From assembly GCA_965204725.1 (NCBI GenBank), contig OZ242005.1, forward strand, positions 4,544,001-4,608,000: a stretch of 64,000 bases of DNA, given 5' to 3'. The notes below the pieces were generated by a model. It saw only the letters and a program-made list of their open reading frames with translations. It ran no database searches and was not told where the DNA came from. Position 1 is the stretch's first letter, and each line of letters starts with the position of its first letter. Both the position numbers and the translations under genes were made by a program. Below are positions 8,505 through 20,303 of the stretch, piece after piece. The stretch is from Candidatus Latescibacterota bacterium. Its GTDB lineage: Bacteria; Latescibacterota; UBA2968; UBA8231.

Positions 8505-9440
8505 CTATTCGCCCGACAGAATGTCGTCGTATAGCTGGGCCTTGTCGGCCTCGTAGAGCACGCCGGTGATCACGTCAAACCCCGCGGGGATGCCGCTGGC
8601 TGCCATGGCCGCCAACGACAGGGCCACGTAGCTGGTCGCGTGCGGGTCTTGCCACTGGGCGGCATTCACGTATCCGGCGAGCACCTCTCGGGTCGTGTCG
8701 AGGGAATTGCCCCAGCCGACGACCGGAATTTCTCCGGGCGCGATCCCGCACTGGTCGAACACGCGCTTGATGCTGCCGGTTACCAAGTCGCCGAGGCCGA
8801 TGATCGCGTCGATGTTGTCGATGTTGGCCGTCATATAGTCCACCATGCGGGCGATGGCTTCGGCTTGGTCGAGGGTCGCGTCGGTGACTTCCCAAGCAAT
8901 GCCCAACGGCTCAAAGACGCTGGCAACGCCCTGCTCCTCTTGGACGCCATAGGTCGCGCCCGGCACTTCTACCGGCAGCCAGACGAAGTCGCCGGATTGG
9001 ACCAAGCCCTTGTCAACCAAGTACTGCGCCCACTGCCGCCCAATCCCGACTAGGTCGCCGCCCACATAAGCGTCAAAACTAGCGGTGGGATCGGGCGTGT
9101 TCATGTTGATGATGGGTATGTTGGCTTCGTTGGCCTCTTTCGCCACCTCTACCAAACTGCCCGGGTCTGGGCTGCTGGTGACGATGCCATCGGCCCCGGT
9201 GGCAATAGCGGCGCGCACGGCCTCCTGATGAGAAGCCACGTCGCCGTTGTGGAAGGACGTGTTGACCTTGTGGCCGGTATCCTCTTGCCACTGACGGGCA
9301 CCGGCGAGAAAGTAGGTCCACACCGGATCGGCGGGCGAGCCGTGCGAAATCCAGTAAAAGGTCTTGGCCTCAGCCAACGCCGGGCTCAGAGCCAACAGCA
9401 CACTGGCAAACGCGACAATCCTCATCTTAAACATCGGCAT
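8505..9440 (-). CDS. Sugar ABC transporter substrate-binding protein
   Basis: Signal peptide (MRIVAFASVLLALSPALA); class I periplasmic binding fold; GGAGAGG RBS before ATG 9440. Confidence 0.88.
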   Translation of the reverse strand: MPMFKMRIVAFASVLLALSPALAEAKTFYWISHGSPADPVWTYFLAGARQWQEDTGHKVNTSFHNGDVASHQEAVRAAIATGADGIVTSSPDPGSLVEVAKEANEANIPIINMNTPDPTASFDAYVGGDLVGIGRQWAQYLVDKGLVQSGDFVWLPVEVPGATYGVQEEQGVASVFEPLGIAWEVTDATLDQAEAIARMVDYMTANIDNIDAIIGLGDLVTGSIKRVFDQCGIAPGEIPVVGWGNSLDTTREVLAGYVNAAQWQDPHATSYVALSLAAMAASGIPAGFDVITGVLYEADKAQLYDDILSGE

Positions 9441-9459
9441 TCCTCTCCATGTAATTAGT

Positions 9460-10341
9460 TCAGCGGCCAATCTCAAGGGACTCCACCTGCACCAACAGCG
9501 TCTCGCGTTCCTCGGTACTTATGGCTCGCAACGGACGCCGAGGGTCGCCGCACTCCATCCCTATGCGCTGACTGACCACCGCCAAGACGCTGCCGAAATA
9601 GCCGAATTGCGCCACCGTGCTGTGAAAGGCATTGGCCCGTTGCTGGGCCGCTTGGGCCGCGGCCAGATCGCCCGCTTGGTAGGCATTCCATAAGGCCATC
9701 CACAGCTCCGGAGCCGCGCACAAAGGGCCATCGACCGACCCGACGGCTCCGACGGTCATGGCGGGCAACATCAGCTTGCCGCTGCCGATAAAGGCGTCTA
9801 GCCCCATGCCGACGAATTCGAGCAGGTTGGCGAATATCGGCGACGAGTGTTTCAAACCAACTGTCTGGGGCACTTCCTCGACGAGACGCCGCATGAGGGC
9901 TGGGCTGACATCGAGGCCGGTGCAGCCGGGCAAATTGTAGATGAACAACGGCCGGTCCGCCGCCGCTCCCACGGCCCGATAGTATTCTACCACGCCGTCA
10001 TCGTCGCCTTGGTAGAAAAAGGGCGGCACCGCGCAGACAGCTTCCACTCCGGCTCGGGCTGCGTGAGCCGCCAGTTTTTCGGCCCGCGCCGTGGTATTGG
10101 CTCCCACGTGCATAATGACCTGAGTGCGCCCCGCGTTTTGGTCGGCGGCGATCTCGGCGATGCGCTGGTTCTCCTCGTCGTTGAGCAGGACGCTCTCGCC
10201 AGTGCCGCCAGCGACCCAAAAGCCGTGGACGCCGGCTCGTATATTGAACTCCATTGTGGCGCGGAAGGCTTGCTCGTTTAAGGTCCCATCCTCGTTTTTC
10301 GGGCTGATAATCGCCGGCACTACCCCGTGAAATTGCCCCAT
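9460..10341 (-). CDS. Dihydrodipicolinate synthase / N-acetylneuraminate lyase family aldolase
   Basis: GGTGE, YNLP and GLKHSS (Schiff-base Lys) motifs; AGGAGG RBS. Confidence 0.9.
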   Translation of the reverse strand: MGQFHGVVPAIISPKNEDGTLNEQAFRATMEFNIRAGVHGFWVAGGTGESVLLNDEENQRIAEIAADQNAGRTQVIMHVGANTTARAEKLAAHAARAGVEAVCAVPPFFYQGDDDGVVEYYRAVGAAADRPLFIYNLPGCTGLDVSPALMRRLVEEVPQTVGLKHSSPIFANLLEFVGMGLDAFIGSGKLMLPAMTVGAVGSVDGPLCAAPELWMALWNAYQAGDLAAAQAAQQRANAFHSTVAQFGYFGSVLAVVSQRIGMECGDPRRPLRAISTEERETLLVQVESLEIGR

Positions 10342-10465
10342 ATTTTCCTCCTTGTATCCTTATTTTGTATAATACCTCAGCAGCCTTTCGCGCCGAGGCG
10401 AACCGCGCTCAATATAGGCGTCAACCTCTCGGCTTCCAACACGCAGACCATCTTAGGAGAATGAT

Positions 10466-11638
10466 ATGAAAAGCTATCGCGTGGCCATACTGGGTTGCCG
10501 GGGCCGCGGCACGGCCGCAGCACGAGCATATCACGCCCACCCCCGCACGGAAATCGTCGCCCTCTGCGACCTCGTGCCAGACCGGCTCGACACCCTAGGC
10601 GACGAACTCGGAGTCGCGGCGCGCTACACCGACCTAGACGCGATGATGGGCCAGCACCAACCCGATATCGTCGCCATTCCCACCGGCACGGAATTCCATC
10701 ACGCGCTGGCCCTGCGCGTACTCGAATACGGCGTCCACATCGACATTGAAAAACCCCTGTGCGTCGATTGCCAGCAGGCCGACGAGGTGCTGGCCAAGGC
10801 CCGAGCAAAAAACGTCCGCATCGCAGTGCATCATCAAGGGCGCGTCGGCGTCTATATGAAAGCCGTGGCCAAAGCCCTTGCCGAGGGACGCATCGGCTCG
10901 TTGCGCCACATCCACGCCCACGGCAAAAACTACTACGGCGGCTACAACCTAATGAACATCGGCACGCACATAATCAACAACATGCTCAAGGTCGCCGGCC
11001 CGTGCCGCAGCGTCGTCGCCACCGCCACTACCGATGGCCGCCCCATCGCCCCGACCGATGTGGTGCCCTCTCCGCAAGGGATGGGCACCATTGCGGGTGA
11101 ACACATCACTGCGACGCTCGGTTTCGCCGACGGCGTCACCGCAACGCTCCTCCAGCACCGCTTCCCCACTCCGGTCAATCCGGTGATAGAATTCTGTGGC
11201 AGCGAAGGCCGCTTGGTGCTCTCCCAGCTCGTCTGGAAAAGGGACATCGGCGCGCTCCTGCTGTCGCAGCCCCACTATGCCCTCAACGACGCAAGAGAAC
11301 CTTGGGAAGTGCTATCGCCCATCCACTGCGCGGGCTATGATCCGCAGAGTTCGGCCCACCCAGACGACTACGCTTATGTAGAGGAGTATGTCGCGGCACT
11401 CGACGCCGGTCGCGCCCACGAATGCAGCGGCCAAGCGGGCCAGCACATCGTGGAAATCATGATGGGCATTTTCGAGTCGGCCGCGTACGGCAAACGGGTG
11501 GATTTACCCCAGCCGGATCGCACCCATCCCCTGCTGCGCTGGCGGCGCGAGAACGGCTTGCCGCTCCCCGATCCCATGCCGCGTCCCTACGCCGAGTGGC
11601 TGGCGGCCGAGGACATGCGGTTGGGGCGGAGTGGGTGA
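10466..11638 (+). CDS. Gfo/Idh/MocA family oxidoreductase
   Basis: N-terminal Rossmann motif VAILGCRGRG, EKP motif, NIGTH. Confidence 0.9.
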   Translation: MKSYRVAILGCRGRGTAAARAYHAHPRTEIVALCDLVPDRLDTLGDELGVAARYTDLDAMMGQHQPDIVAIPTGTEFHHALALRVLEYGVHIDIEKPLCVDCQQADEVLAKARAKNVRIAVHHQGRVGVYMKAVAKALAEGRIGSLRHIHAHGKNYYGGYNLMNIGTHIINNMLKVAGPCRSVVATATTDGRPIAPTDVVPSPQGMGTIAGEHITATLGFADGVTATLLQHRFPTPVNPVIEFCGSEGRLVLSQLVWKRDIGALLLSQPHYALNDAREPWEVLSPIHCAGYDPQSSAHPDDYAYVEEYVAALDAGRAHECSGQAGQHIVEIMMGIFESAAYGKRVDLPQPDRTHPLLRWRRENGLPLPDPMPRPYAEWLAAEDMRLGRSG

Positions 11639-11676
11639 TTTAACAACGGATGGACTGACAGGAGGTTTGAATCGAC

Positions 11677-12513
11677 ATGAACGACACTGAAAAATTCCTC
11701 TTCGACCTACAGGGCTTCATCGTCGTCCGCGAGTTCCTCTCGCAGTACGAGGTCAAAGCACTCAACGACGCTTTCGACGCCAACTGGGACCAGCGCCGCG
11801 AAGACCCAATCGGCGACCCCAGCGGCAACATGGCTGGAACGGCCAAGCGCGGTATTTTCACCGGCATGCTCACTTGGGCGCAGCCCCATTGCCAGCCCTT
11901 CCGCGACCTGCTGGCGCACCGCAAGCTCCTACCCTATCTCAATACCCTGCACGGACGCGGCTGGAAGCTCGACCACGAGCCGTTCCTGATTACCGGCTCT
12001 AAGGGTATCGAGGGCCTGCGCCTCCACGGCACCACCAACGTCCTCTTTAATGGCTCCCGCTTCTACGCATACTCCAACGGCCAGATGCGCTGTGGCCTGC
12101 TCGTCGTTCAGTACACCTTGCACGACCAAAATCCCGGCGACGGCGGCCTCTGCGTCATCCCGGGCAGCCACAAGGCGAATTTTTCTTGTCCTCGGCAGAT
12201 CACGACTTGGGAGGAGCATCCAGAAATCGTTTACCAAGTGCCCTTAAAGGCCGGCGACATGGTCATCTTTAGCGAGAATACGCTACACGGTGCCCTGCCA
12301 TGGCAGGCGGACCACGACCGCCGCGCTCTGCTCTACCGGTACACGCCCAAGTACCTGCACTACGACGGCGGCACGTACGAGGTCAGCCAGCCAGCATGGG
12401 TATCGGAATTGACCGAGGCGCAACAAGCGGTGCTCGAGCCGCCCTACATCTACCATCACCCGCTCATCGAACCGGACGGTGAGACCGTGGTGCGCCCGCG
12501 CCGCGAGGATTAG
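11677..12513 (+). CDS. Phytanoyl-CoA dioxygenase (PhyH) family protein
   Basis: EKFLFDLQGFIVV, GGLCVIPGSHK, KAGDMVIFSENTLHG. Confidence 0.88.
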   Translation: MNDTEKFLFDLQGFIVVREFLSQYEVKALNDAFDANWDQRREDPIGDPSGNMAGTAKRGIFTGMLTWAQPHCQPFRDLLAHRKLLPYLNTLHGRGWKLDHEPFLITGSKGIEGLRLHGTTNVLFNGSRFYAYSNGQMRCGLLVVQYTLHDQNPGDGGLCVIPGSHKANFSCPRQITTWEEHPEIVYQVPLKAGDMVIFSENTLHGALPWQADHDRRALLYRYTPKYLHYDGGTYEVSQPAWVSELTEAQQAVLEPPYIYHHPLIEPDGETVVRPRRED

Positions 12514-12582
12514 CCTTGGTCGGTGTACTATAGCGGGTAGTACTTCAAGAGGAAGGCTAGGATGCCGGGGGGCGCGTGGGCT

Positions 12583-12648
12583 GTCACTCCTGCGAAAGCA
12601 GGAGTCCAGTCTCTCACCCCGCTGAATTCCGACTTTCGCCGGAATGAC
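12583..12648. repeat. REP-like inverted palindrome pair
   Basis: gtcactcctgcgaaagcaggagtccag ... ctgaattccgactttcgccggaatgac. Confidence 0.75.
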
Positions 12649-12781
12649 GGTGCAAAAGAGGCGAGCAACAGGCTCGGGGCATCTTGCCCTCGAAAGAGCT
12701 TGACGCCAAGATCACTCAACAGCCCCGAGAAGTTGCCCGACGAGGGTTTTAAGAACATTTGGCTTGCTTGCGGAATCGCCC

Positions 12782-12830
12782 TTAGCCCTGCCACTCCAAA
12801 TTGATAATAGCGGCGCAAGCGATCAGGTAG
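12782..12830 (-). pseudogene. Displaced, degenerate copy of the 3' end of the PhyH gene at 14491..15360
   Basis: Reads LPDRLRRY/INLEWQG* versus LPEHLRRYTDGYTSINLEWQG*; 21 bp identical (12786-12806 = 14495-14515). Confidence 0.8.
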
Positions 12831-12947
12831 CAGGCGACGGATCGGTCGCCATCGTGCATCAAGCAAGTCGGGCGCACTCATCGGAGCCTTGCCGCTAGTC
12901 CTAAAGTCGCGATCTTCGACGCGCTCAGAGTTGGCTAATGATCCGGG

Positions 12948-13943
12948 TTAGTCGCTATCGTCAAGCCCCATACGACGCATCGCGTATCTGGTCAAAATGA
13001 CCTCCAAATCCTCTGCAAATACAAATTTTACCTCGTGTCGGTCGCCAATCTCCACGAGGCCATAATTATCCTCTCTCTTGGCTTGAGTGAAGATAACCAC
13101 CTTTTCGATCAGCTTTTCCCTACCCTTGTTCCAGTAGCTTGCCTTGTTTATCTGTTTTATGACACTCTCGCCAACTTCTCCTACGTGATCTTTCACTTGA
13201 ACGGCGATGACATAATCCTTGGTATTGGATAATCCCGGAATCGTGATTTTGATATCGGTACCATGCTTTCCCTCATTACGACCACCTACCCTCTCGATTT
13301 GGGCATGTGGATACAAATTTTTCAGGGATTCCTCAAGCACACTTTCCCAACTCTCTGCGTTGAATTGGATATTGAGTTTATCGTAAACCGACTTCCCAAA
13401 GTTCCTACGGCTAAATACTTCGCCAAAGGCGGAATTGATGGCATCTATCAACCTATCTTCATCCGGCAGGTCTTGGTCAAGTTCTTCTAGTCTAGCATCA
13501 TCTATCTCTATAATCTTGTCGATGTCTTCCCCGTAGTGATCGATATTCCAGAAGCGACCTTGATATTTTAGCGTTGACCGGATATTGCCAGTGACATGTT
13601 TGCTTTGTCTGCTGAATTTCTTGAGAAATTTTGCCGGAAAAATGTGTCCATAGTCCCCGTATTTCTCCGAGATTTTGAACCGGTAGCCTTTGTCCCAATC
13701 TTCCGTTGCCTCGACTACGGACACCGAGGCCCAATCCGGCAGTCTGGGTACCAGTAAGAAGTGGCCTTTCTTGACCTCGAACATCCTCAGATTTTTAGCT
13801 ACTTCTGGATCGGTAATTGGCTTTCGAAGATCATGCGCCGGATCATATCCCCATCCTTGGCGCAATCGGCCATCTAGGAGCTCCTTTTGGAAGAAGTCTC
13901 TATCGCTGGTGCTGATTCGGTAACCCCAGTAGCGAATTGTCAT
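12948..13943 (-). CDS. Putative restriction endonuclease (C-terminal Mrr-like PD-(D/E)xK domain)
   Basis: HGTDIKI...IAVQVKD catalytic-like motif; N-terminal LRQGWG domain; visibly more AT-rich than flanks. Confidence 0.75.
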   Translation of the reverse strand: MTIRYWGYRISTSDRDFFQKELLDGRLRQGWGYDPAHDLRKPITDPEVAKNLRMFEVKKGHFLLVPRLPDWASVSVVEATEDWDKGYRFKISEKYGDYGHIFPAKFLKKFSRQSKHVTGNIRSTLKYQGRFWNIDHYGEDIDKIIEIDDARLEELDQDLPDEDRLIDAINSAFGEVFSRRNFGKSVYDKLNIQFNAESWESVLEESLKNLYPHAQIERVGGRNEGKHGTDIKITIPGLSNTKDYVIAVQVKDHVGEVGESVIKQINKASYWNKGREKLIEKVVIFTQAKREDNYGLVEIGDRHEVKFVFAEDLEVILTRYAMRRMGLDDSD

Positions 13944-13979
13944 GGTTTTTCTCCAGAGAAAGGGGATTTATAAAATCAT

Positions 13980-14012
13980 CCTGTTGACCAACCTGTTGAC
14001 CAACTTGTTAGA
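13980..14012. repeat. 12-bp direct repeats upstream of the nuclease gene
   Basis: cctgttgaccaa cctgttgaccaa cttgttaga. Confidence 0.8.
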
Positions 14013-14401
14013 TGCTTTGCAACGCTGGTCAATGGATTATCGGTCGACGATCAGGGCATGTCCACGAACACTTCCATCCTATCCCTCCACAAGGATAGGA
14101 TATAAAGAGCCACTGACCTCGCATGGTGCCAAGCCATGTCTCCATCTCGTACAGTAACGGGAAGTCCTGCCTATTTGCTGGGCGTCAGGGAGCCTCCCCT
14201 GTGCCGAGAAAGGCTATTTTATTCAGCAAGTGACCCGACAGAGCGGGCACTACGCTTAATGGAGACCGTGAAATAAAAAAGAACATATTCCGCCCTTGTC
14301 AACCAAAAAATTGCTCTATATAAACGCGGCATAAACGCGGCGTACTGTTCGGCTGCCTGCATACAATTAGGATATAACACAGGGAAGCACAGCATGAACA
14401 C

Positions 14402-14438
14402 AAAAAGGCCCCGACAGTAGAAATACCATCGGGGCCTT
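14402..14438 (-). terminator. Rho-independent terminator after the minus-strand PhyH gene
   Basis: aaggccccga/tcggggcctt stem followed by T5 on the minus strand. Confidence 0.7.
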
Positions 14439-14490
14439 CGCTTTCGCCAATCATGTACATGATCGGCTGCTGGTTTACGTGAGAGCGTCC

Positions 14491-15360
14491 CTACCCCTGC
14501 CACTCCAAATTGATACTCGTGTACCCGTCCGTATAGCGGCGCAAATGCTCGGGTAAGTTAGCCAAAAACCACTGGCCTTCCGCTGGGATTTCCCAAGGCA
14601 CGTCAATGCGATGGCTGCGAGGCCGGAAACCGATGCCGCAAGATAAGCGCGTCTTTTCAATGCGGTTGGGGAATGCGCCGTGATACGTGCGATGGGCGAA
14701 GACGATCATGTCGCCGCCGTTGGTGAAGAGGGGGACGAGGCCGGGGATGTCAAAGCCGTTGTAGGCGCGTTCCTCCGTGCCCTCTGGGTAGAAGGAGCGC
14801 CGGTCGGCCGTCATGCGGAATCCCTCCGGTCCCTCCCAGTCCTCGACGTGGGAATCCTCAATGACGCATAGGCCGCCGTGCTCGGGCCGCGACCCGGTCA
14901 GATAAAACCACTTGCCCGACGGCCACAACCCGCGATTGAGGACATCGCCCGAGTGCTTGATCTCGGTCGAATAGCCGCACCAATCCGTGTGCCACCCCAC
15001 GGGCGCGGAGCCGGTCCGGCGGATGATGGCGGCCGAGCGGTGGATCGTCAGCTCGTCGGTGCCGATTAGGTGCCGGTGAATGTCCATGAAGGGCGCGTAG
15101 TCGAGCACCTCCCAAGCACCTCGGCCAGACTCGATCCAGGCATGCCGCGTACGGCTCTCGCCCGGCTGCAAGGTGCGCTCCGGGTCCGTGCCGTCCCACA
15201 CCGCCTGCTTGAGCTGGGCGACGATCTCCGGCGGCAGCACGTCTTTGATCACGGCGAAGCCGTGCGCCTCCAAGCATTGGTCCATCGCGTCGAGCTCGTC
15301 GGTGGCAAACTCATAGCGATAGCCCAAGTCCGGCTTCTGAATGTGCAAATAGTCTTCCAT
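14491..15360 (-). CDS. Phytanoyl-CoA dioxygenase (PhyH) family protein
   Basis: WHTD facial-triad motif, GGLCVIEDSH, HRTYHG; AAGGAGG RBS before ATG 15360. Confidence 0.85.
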   Translation of the reverse strand: MEDYLHIQKPDLGYRYEFATDELDAMDQCLEAHGFAVIKDVLPPEIVAQLKQAVWDGTDPERTLQPGESRTRHAWIESGRGAWEVLDYAPFMDIHRHLIGTDELTIHRSAAIIRRTGSAPVGWHTDWCGYSTEIKHSGDVLNRGLWPSGKWFYLTGSRPEHGGLCVIEDSHVEDWEGPEGFRMTADRRSFYPEGTEERAYNGFDIPGLVPLFTNGGDMIVFAHRTYHGAFPNRIEKTRLSCGIGFRPRSHRIDVPWEIPAEGQWFLANLPEHLRRYTDGYTSINLEWQG

Positions 15361-15385
15361 CGTTTCCTCCTTACAAGTGCCCGTG

Positions 15386-16921
15386 TTAGAAGCGCTGCGC
15401 CTCGGCACCGTCTGCAAGCGCTAGTTCGTAGCAGGCGGCTTCGCTATCCGTGCGCACCAACAGATAGGGCGCGGCAAGGGCTGGGGGATTCCAAGTTTTG
15501 CCCGCAAAGGCCGTCATGCGCGCCAGTTCTACGGGGCGGTCGGGGCGGGCCTCGACCAGCACCACGTCGCCCGATTCGCTCATTATTAGCAGGATGTCGT
15601 CTATCAGGATGAGTTGGCCGTGACCATAGCGACCGCGCTTCCAGCGACGCTTGCCGTCTTGCGGGTCGAGGCAGACCAGCACCCCATCGTCGAGGCCATA
15701 GACAAAACCATCGCGATAGACCATGTTGGCAAATTTGGCCTTGAGCCGGGGGCTTTTCCAGACGAGATCACTCGTCAAGCCGCCGTCGGGCGAGGCCTGC
15801 ACTTGATACAGTTTGGCACCAATGCCGTAGCCGGTGGAAGCCAAAACCCGGTCCCCGGGCAAGAGCAGGGGGTTGGCAATGCACTCGACCTGATCCCAAG
15901 GCTGGTGCCAGAGGGGAATTCCGCTGTGCGGGTCGTGCGCGACGACGCTGTGGTTGTTGAAGATCAAGATCTGCTCGCGGCCCGCCAAAGTGACCAACTG
16001 CGGCGAGCTAAAGCCAGCCTTGTCCGCGCCCCCGCCCCAGACAAACGCGCCGCTTTGGCGGTGATAGGCCACCAGCGAGCGCTCAGCCGGGCCTCCGGCA
16101 CTTACCACGACCAAGGAGTCGAGGACCAGCGGTGAACAGCTAATGCCCCAGACATGCGCCTCGGCCTCGTTGTCGGCGAGGATGTCCTGCGCCCAAATCA
16201 GGGCACCGCTGGCCAGATCCAAGCAGTTGAGGATACCCGTAGCACCCAGCGTGAAAACGCGGTCTCCGGCGATAGTGGGCGTAGCACGCGGGCCGATACC
16301 GGCGATGACGGTCTCGTAGCGGGTCGAATCGGCGTGGTGCCAGAGCTTGCGGCCGGTCGCCAAGTCGTAGCAGACGACCTGCTCCTCGGGACCGTGCTGC
16401 TCCTGCGTTACGGCCCGGTCGCCGACAACGGCAAAGGAGGACCAAGCGGCACCGACCGAGCGACGCCAGACCTCGCGCGGCGGGTGCTGGGTCCAGTCGC
16501 GCTCGAGGGGGACGCCGCGGAGGCGATTGTCGCGCTCGGGGCCGAGAAATTGCGGCCAATCGCGGGCGTTGAGTGCGGTTGCGTCCCCGCCGGCAATGGC
16601 GGCTTCGTCTTGGGTACTCCAGCGCCATTCGAGGATCGGTATGAAGTCGCCGCTCAGCCCCTTGATGCGAAAACACCCGATTCCAAGCGCGACGACGAGG
16701 ACGAGGCCACCGAAATAGCACAGCCGCCGTCTCCAAGCCAGCCGCGACGCGAAGAGCAACCAGAGCACCGCAAAAAACGCGGCGAGCATGGAGACGGCCA
16801 TGGTGCGCATAACCTGTTGCTGGCGGTGTGGAGCTTCGGGCAACCAGATCAGCAGGAGTGCCAGAACGATGCCGCCGCCGAGCAGATAGAGGGGCCATAA
16901 GCGAGGGCTAGCTGAGGACAT
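15386..16921 (-). CDS. Membrane-anchored PQQ-binding-like beta-propeller protein (BamB-like repeats)
   Basis: N-terminal TM helices; DWPQFLGP, GPRATP, CLDLASGALIW repeats. Confidence 0.85.
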   Translation of the reverse strand: MSSASPRLWPLYLLGGGIVLALLLIWLPEAPHRQQQVMRTMAVSMLAAFFAVLWLLFASRLAWRRRLCYFGGLVLVVALGIGCFRIKGLSGDFIPILEWRWSTQDEAAIAGGDATALNARDWPQFLGPERDNRLRGVPLERDWTQHPPREVWRRSVGAAWSSFAVVGDRAVTQEQHGPEEQVVCYDLATGRKLWHHADSTRYETVIAGIGPRATPTIAGDRVFTLGATGILNCLDLASGALIWAQDILADNEAEAHVWGISCSPLVLDSLVVVSAGGPAERSLVAYHRQSGAFVWGGGADKAGFSSPQLVTLAGREQILIFNNHSVVAHDPHSGIPLWHQPWDQVECIANPLLLPGDRVLASTGYGIGAKLYQVQASPDGGLTSDLVWKSPRLKAKFANMVYRDGFVYGLDDGVLVCLDPQDGKRRWKRGRYGHGQLILIDDILLIMSESGDVVLVEARPDRPVELARMTAFAGKTWNPPALAAPYLLVRTDSEAACYELALADGAEAQRF

Positions 16922-16924
16922 GAG

Positions 16925-17998
16925 TTAGACGCCGCCGGTGACGGTCTCCAAGCGGATCCAATCGCCGCTGGCGACCGAGCGAGCAATGGCGGCCATGGCC
17001 CGCATCGCGTGGGTTCCATCCTCCACATCGGCCCCCAGTTGGGGCGCGCCGCGGAGGACGACATCGGCAAAACCTTCGAGCTGGAGTCGGTAGAAATGCG
17101 CGTCGGCCCCCAGCGGCCGGCGATATTGACCATCGTGCGTGGAGAAGCATTCGACATCGCTGGATTTCAAAAACCACGGCAGGTAGGTTTTGCCGACGAC
17201 GCTGCCGTGCTCTCCGTAGATGTGAAAGCCCTCGTGGTAGTCCATGCGCACGGCGACCGTCAGGTCGAGATGCCCTTGGCCGCCATTTGCAAACTCCACT
17301 TCGACAAACCAAGAATACGCCCCAAACATCTCCTTGCGCCGGCCGCGCACGGCCACGAGCGGGCCGCCTAAAAAATGGGCTATGTCGATGAGATGCGAGC
17401 CGTGGGTCAGCATGAAGTAACGCCGCTTGTCGCCCTTGGGATCGCCCGCTGGCCGGCGCGCCTGATCGCTGTGCAGGGGCAGGGGCTGGAGGTTGTCGGT
17501 CATGGTGTAGCGATAGGTCGAATCGCAATACCAAGCCTTCAGGGCCAAGAGCGACCCCATCTCCTCGCGGATGAACTGCCGAGCAAAAGCAATCCCAGGG
17601 TCAAACCGCTTCATGTGCCCTACTTGGAGCTTGCACCCCGAGTCGGCGACCGCTCGGCGCAGGGTTTCGCACTCTTCCACGCTGGTCCCCAGCGGCTTTT
17701 CCACAAAGACGTGTTTGCCAGCCGCCAACGCCTGCAAGCTGAGCGGAACGTGAAACGAATCGGCCGTGGCGATGATGATCGCTTCCACCTGCCGGTCCGC
17801 GAGCATGTCGGCAAAATCGGCGTAGGTTTTCTCCGGTTGGTGAACGGCCGCCATGCGCTCGACCAAGTCCGGCGCTTGGTCGCAGAGCGCGTACAGGCGC
17901 GTATTGCGGCCCTTGATGCACGACTCAAAGTGGGCGAATTGGGCGATGGGGCCGCAGCCCAACACGCCGATGGACAGGACTTGGCTATCTTTGTTCAC
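16925..17998 (-). CDS. Gfo/Idh/MocA family oxidoreductase
   Basis: IGVLGCGPIA, HVFVEKP, KRFDP, HGSH. Confidence 0.9.
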   Translation of the reverse strand: MNKDSQVLSIGVLGCGPIAQFAHFESCIKGRNTRLYALCDQAPDLVERMAAVHQPEKTYADFADMLADRQVEAIIIATADSFHVPLSLQALAAGKHVFVEKPLGTSVEECETLRRAVADSGCKLQVGHMKRFDPGIAFARQFIREEMGSLLALKAWYCDSTYRYTMTDNLQPLPLHSDQARRPAGDPKGDKRRYFMLTHGSHLIDIAHFLGGPLVAVRGRRKEMFGAYSWFVEVEFANGGQGHLDLTVAVRMDYHEGFHIYGEHGSVVGKTYLPWFLKSSDVECFSTHDGQYRRPLGADAHFYRLQLEGFADVVLRGAPQLGADVEDGTHAMRAMAAIARSVASGDWIRLETVTGGV

Positions 17999-18377
17999 GC
18001 GCTTTTTGTGGGCAAAATGGCGTAGGCTTCAATCTCGACGACGAGGTGCGGCTTTAGCAGCGCGGCGACGACGACCAAGGTCGAGGCCGGCAAAATCTCG
18101 CCAAACGCCTCGCCGTGAGCGCGGGTGACGCCAGCGGCATGGGCCGTGTCCGTGATGTACACGACCGTCCGCACCACATCGCCGAGGCTAGCACCGGCCT
18201 CGGCGAGGGCCTTGGCGATGATCTGCAATGCGCCCTTGGCCTGTTCGTAGGCATCTCCTTGGTCGTAGGGCGGCTGAGCGCAGGTGCCGGCGACGTGGAC
18301 ATGCCGACCGAGGCGCACAGCGCGCGAATAGCCAAACTCCGCGCCGAACGCGCTGCCAGTCTCTATGTTTTTGCGTT

Positions 18378-18381
<4 letters not shown>
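17995..18381 (-). CDS. RidA/YjgF family protein
   Basis: GYSRAVR, DVVRTVVY, PASTLV, VEIEA. Confidence 0.9.

Positions 18382-20303
<1,922 letters not shown>

Noticed and set aside
12528-12881. ORFs 12528..12881 and 12562..12804
   Set aside because: They run through REP palindromes and the displaced gene end; unlikely to be real genes.
12830-12950. Integron attC site after the nuclease gene
   Set aside because: The stop lies in GACTAAC, but no matching GTTRRRY end or long imperfect palindrome follows; no intI seen.
13942-14503. ORFs 13942..14157 and 14219..14503
   Set aside because: No recognisable motifs or RBS; they overlap repeats and a terminator.
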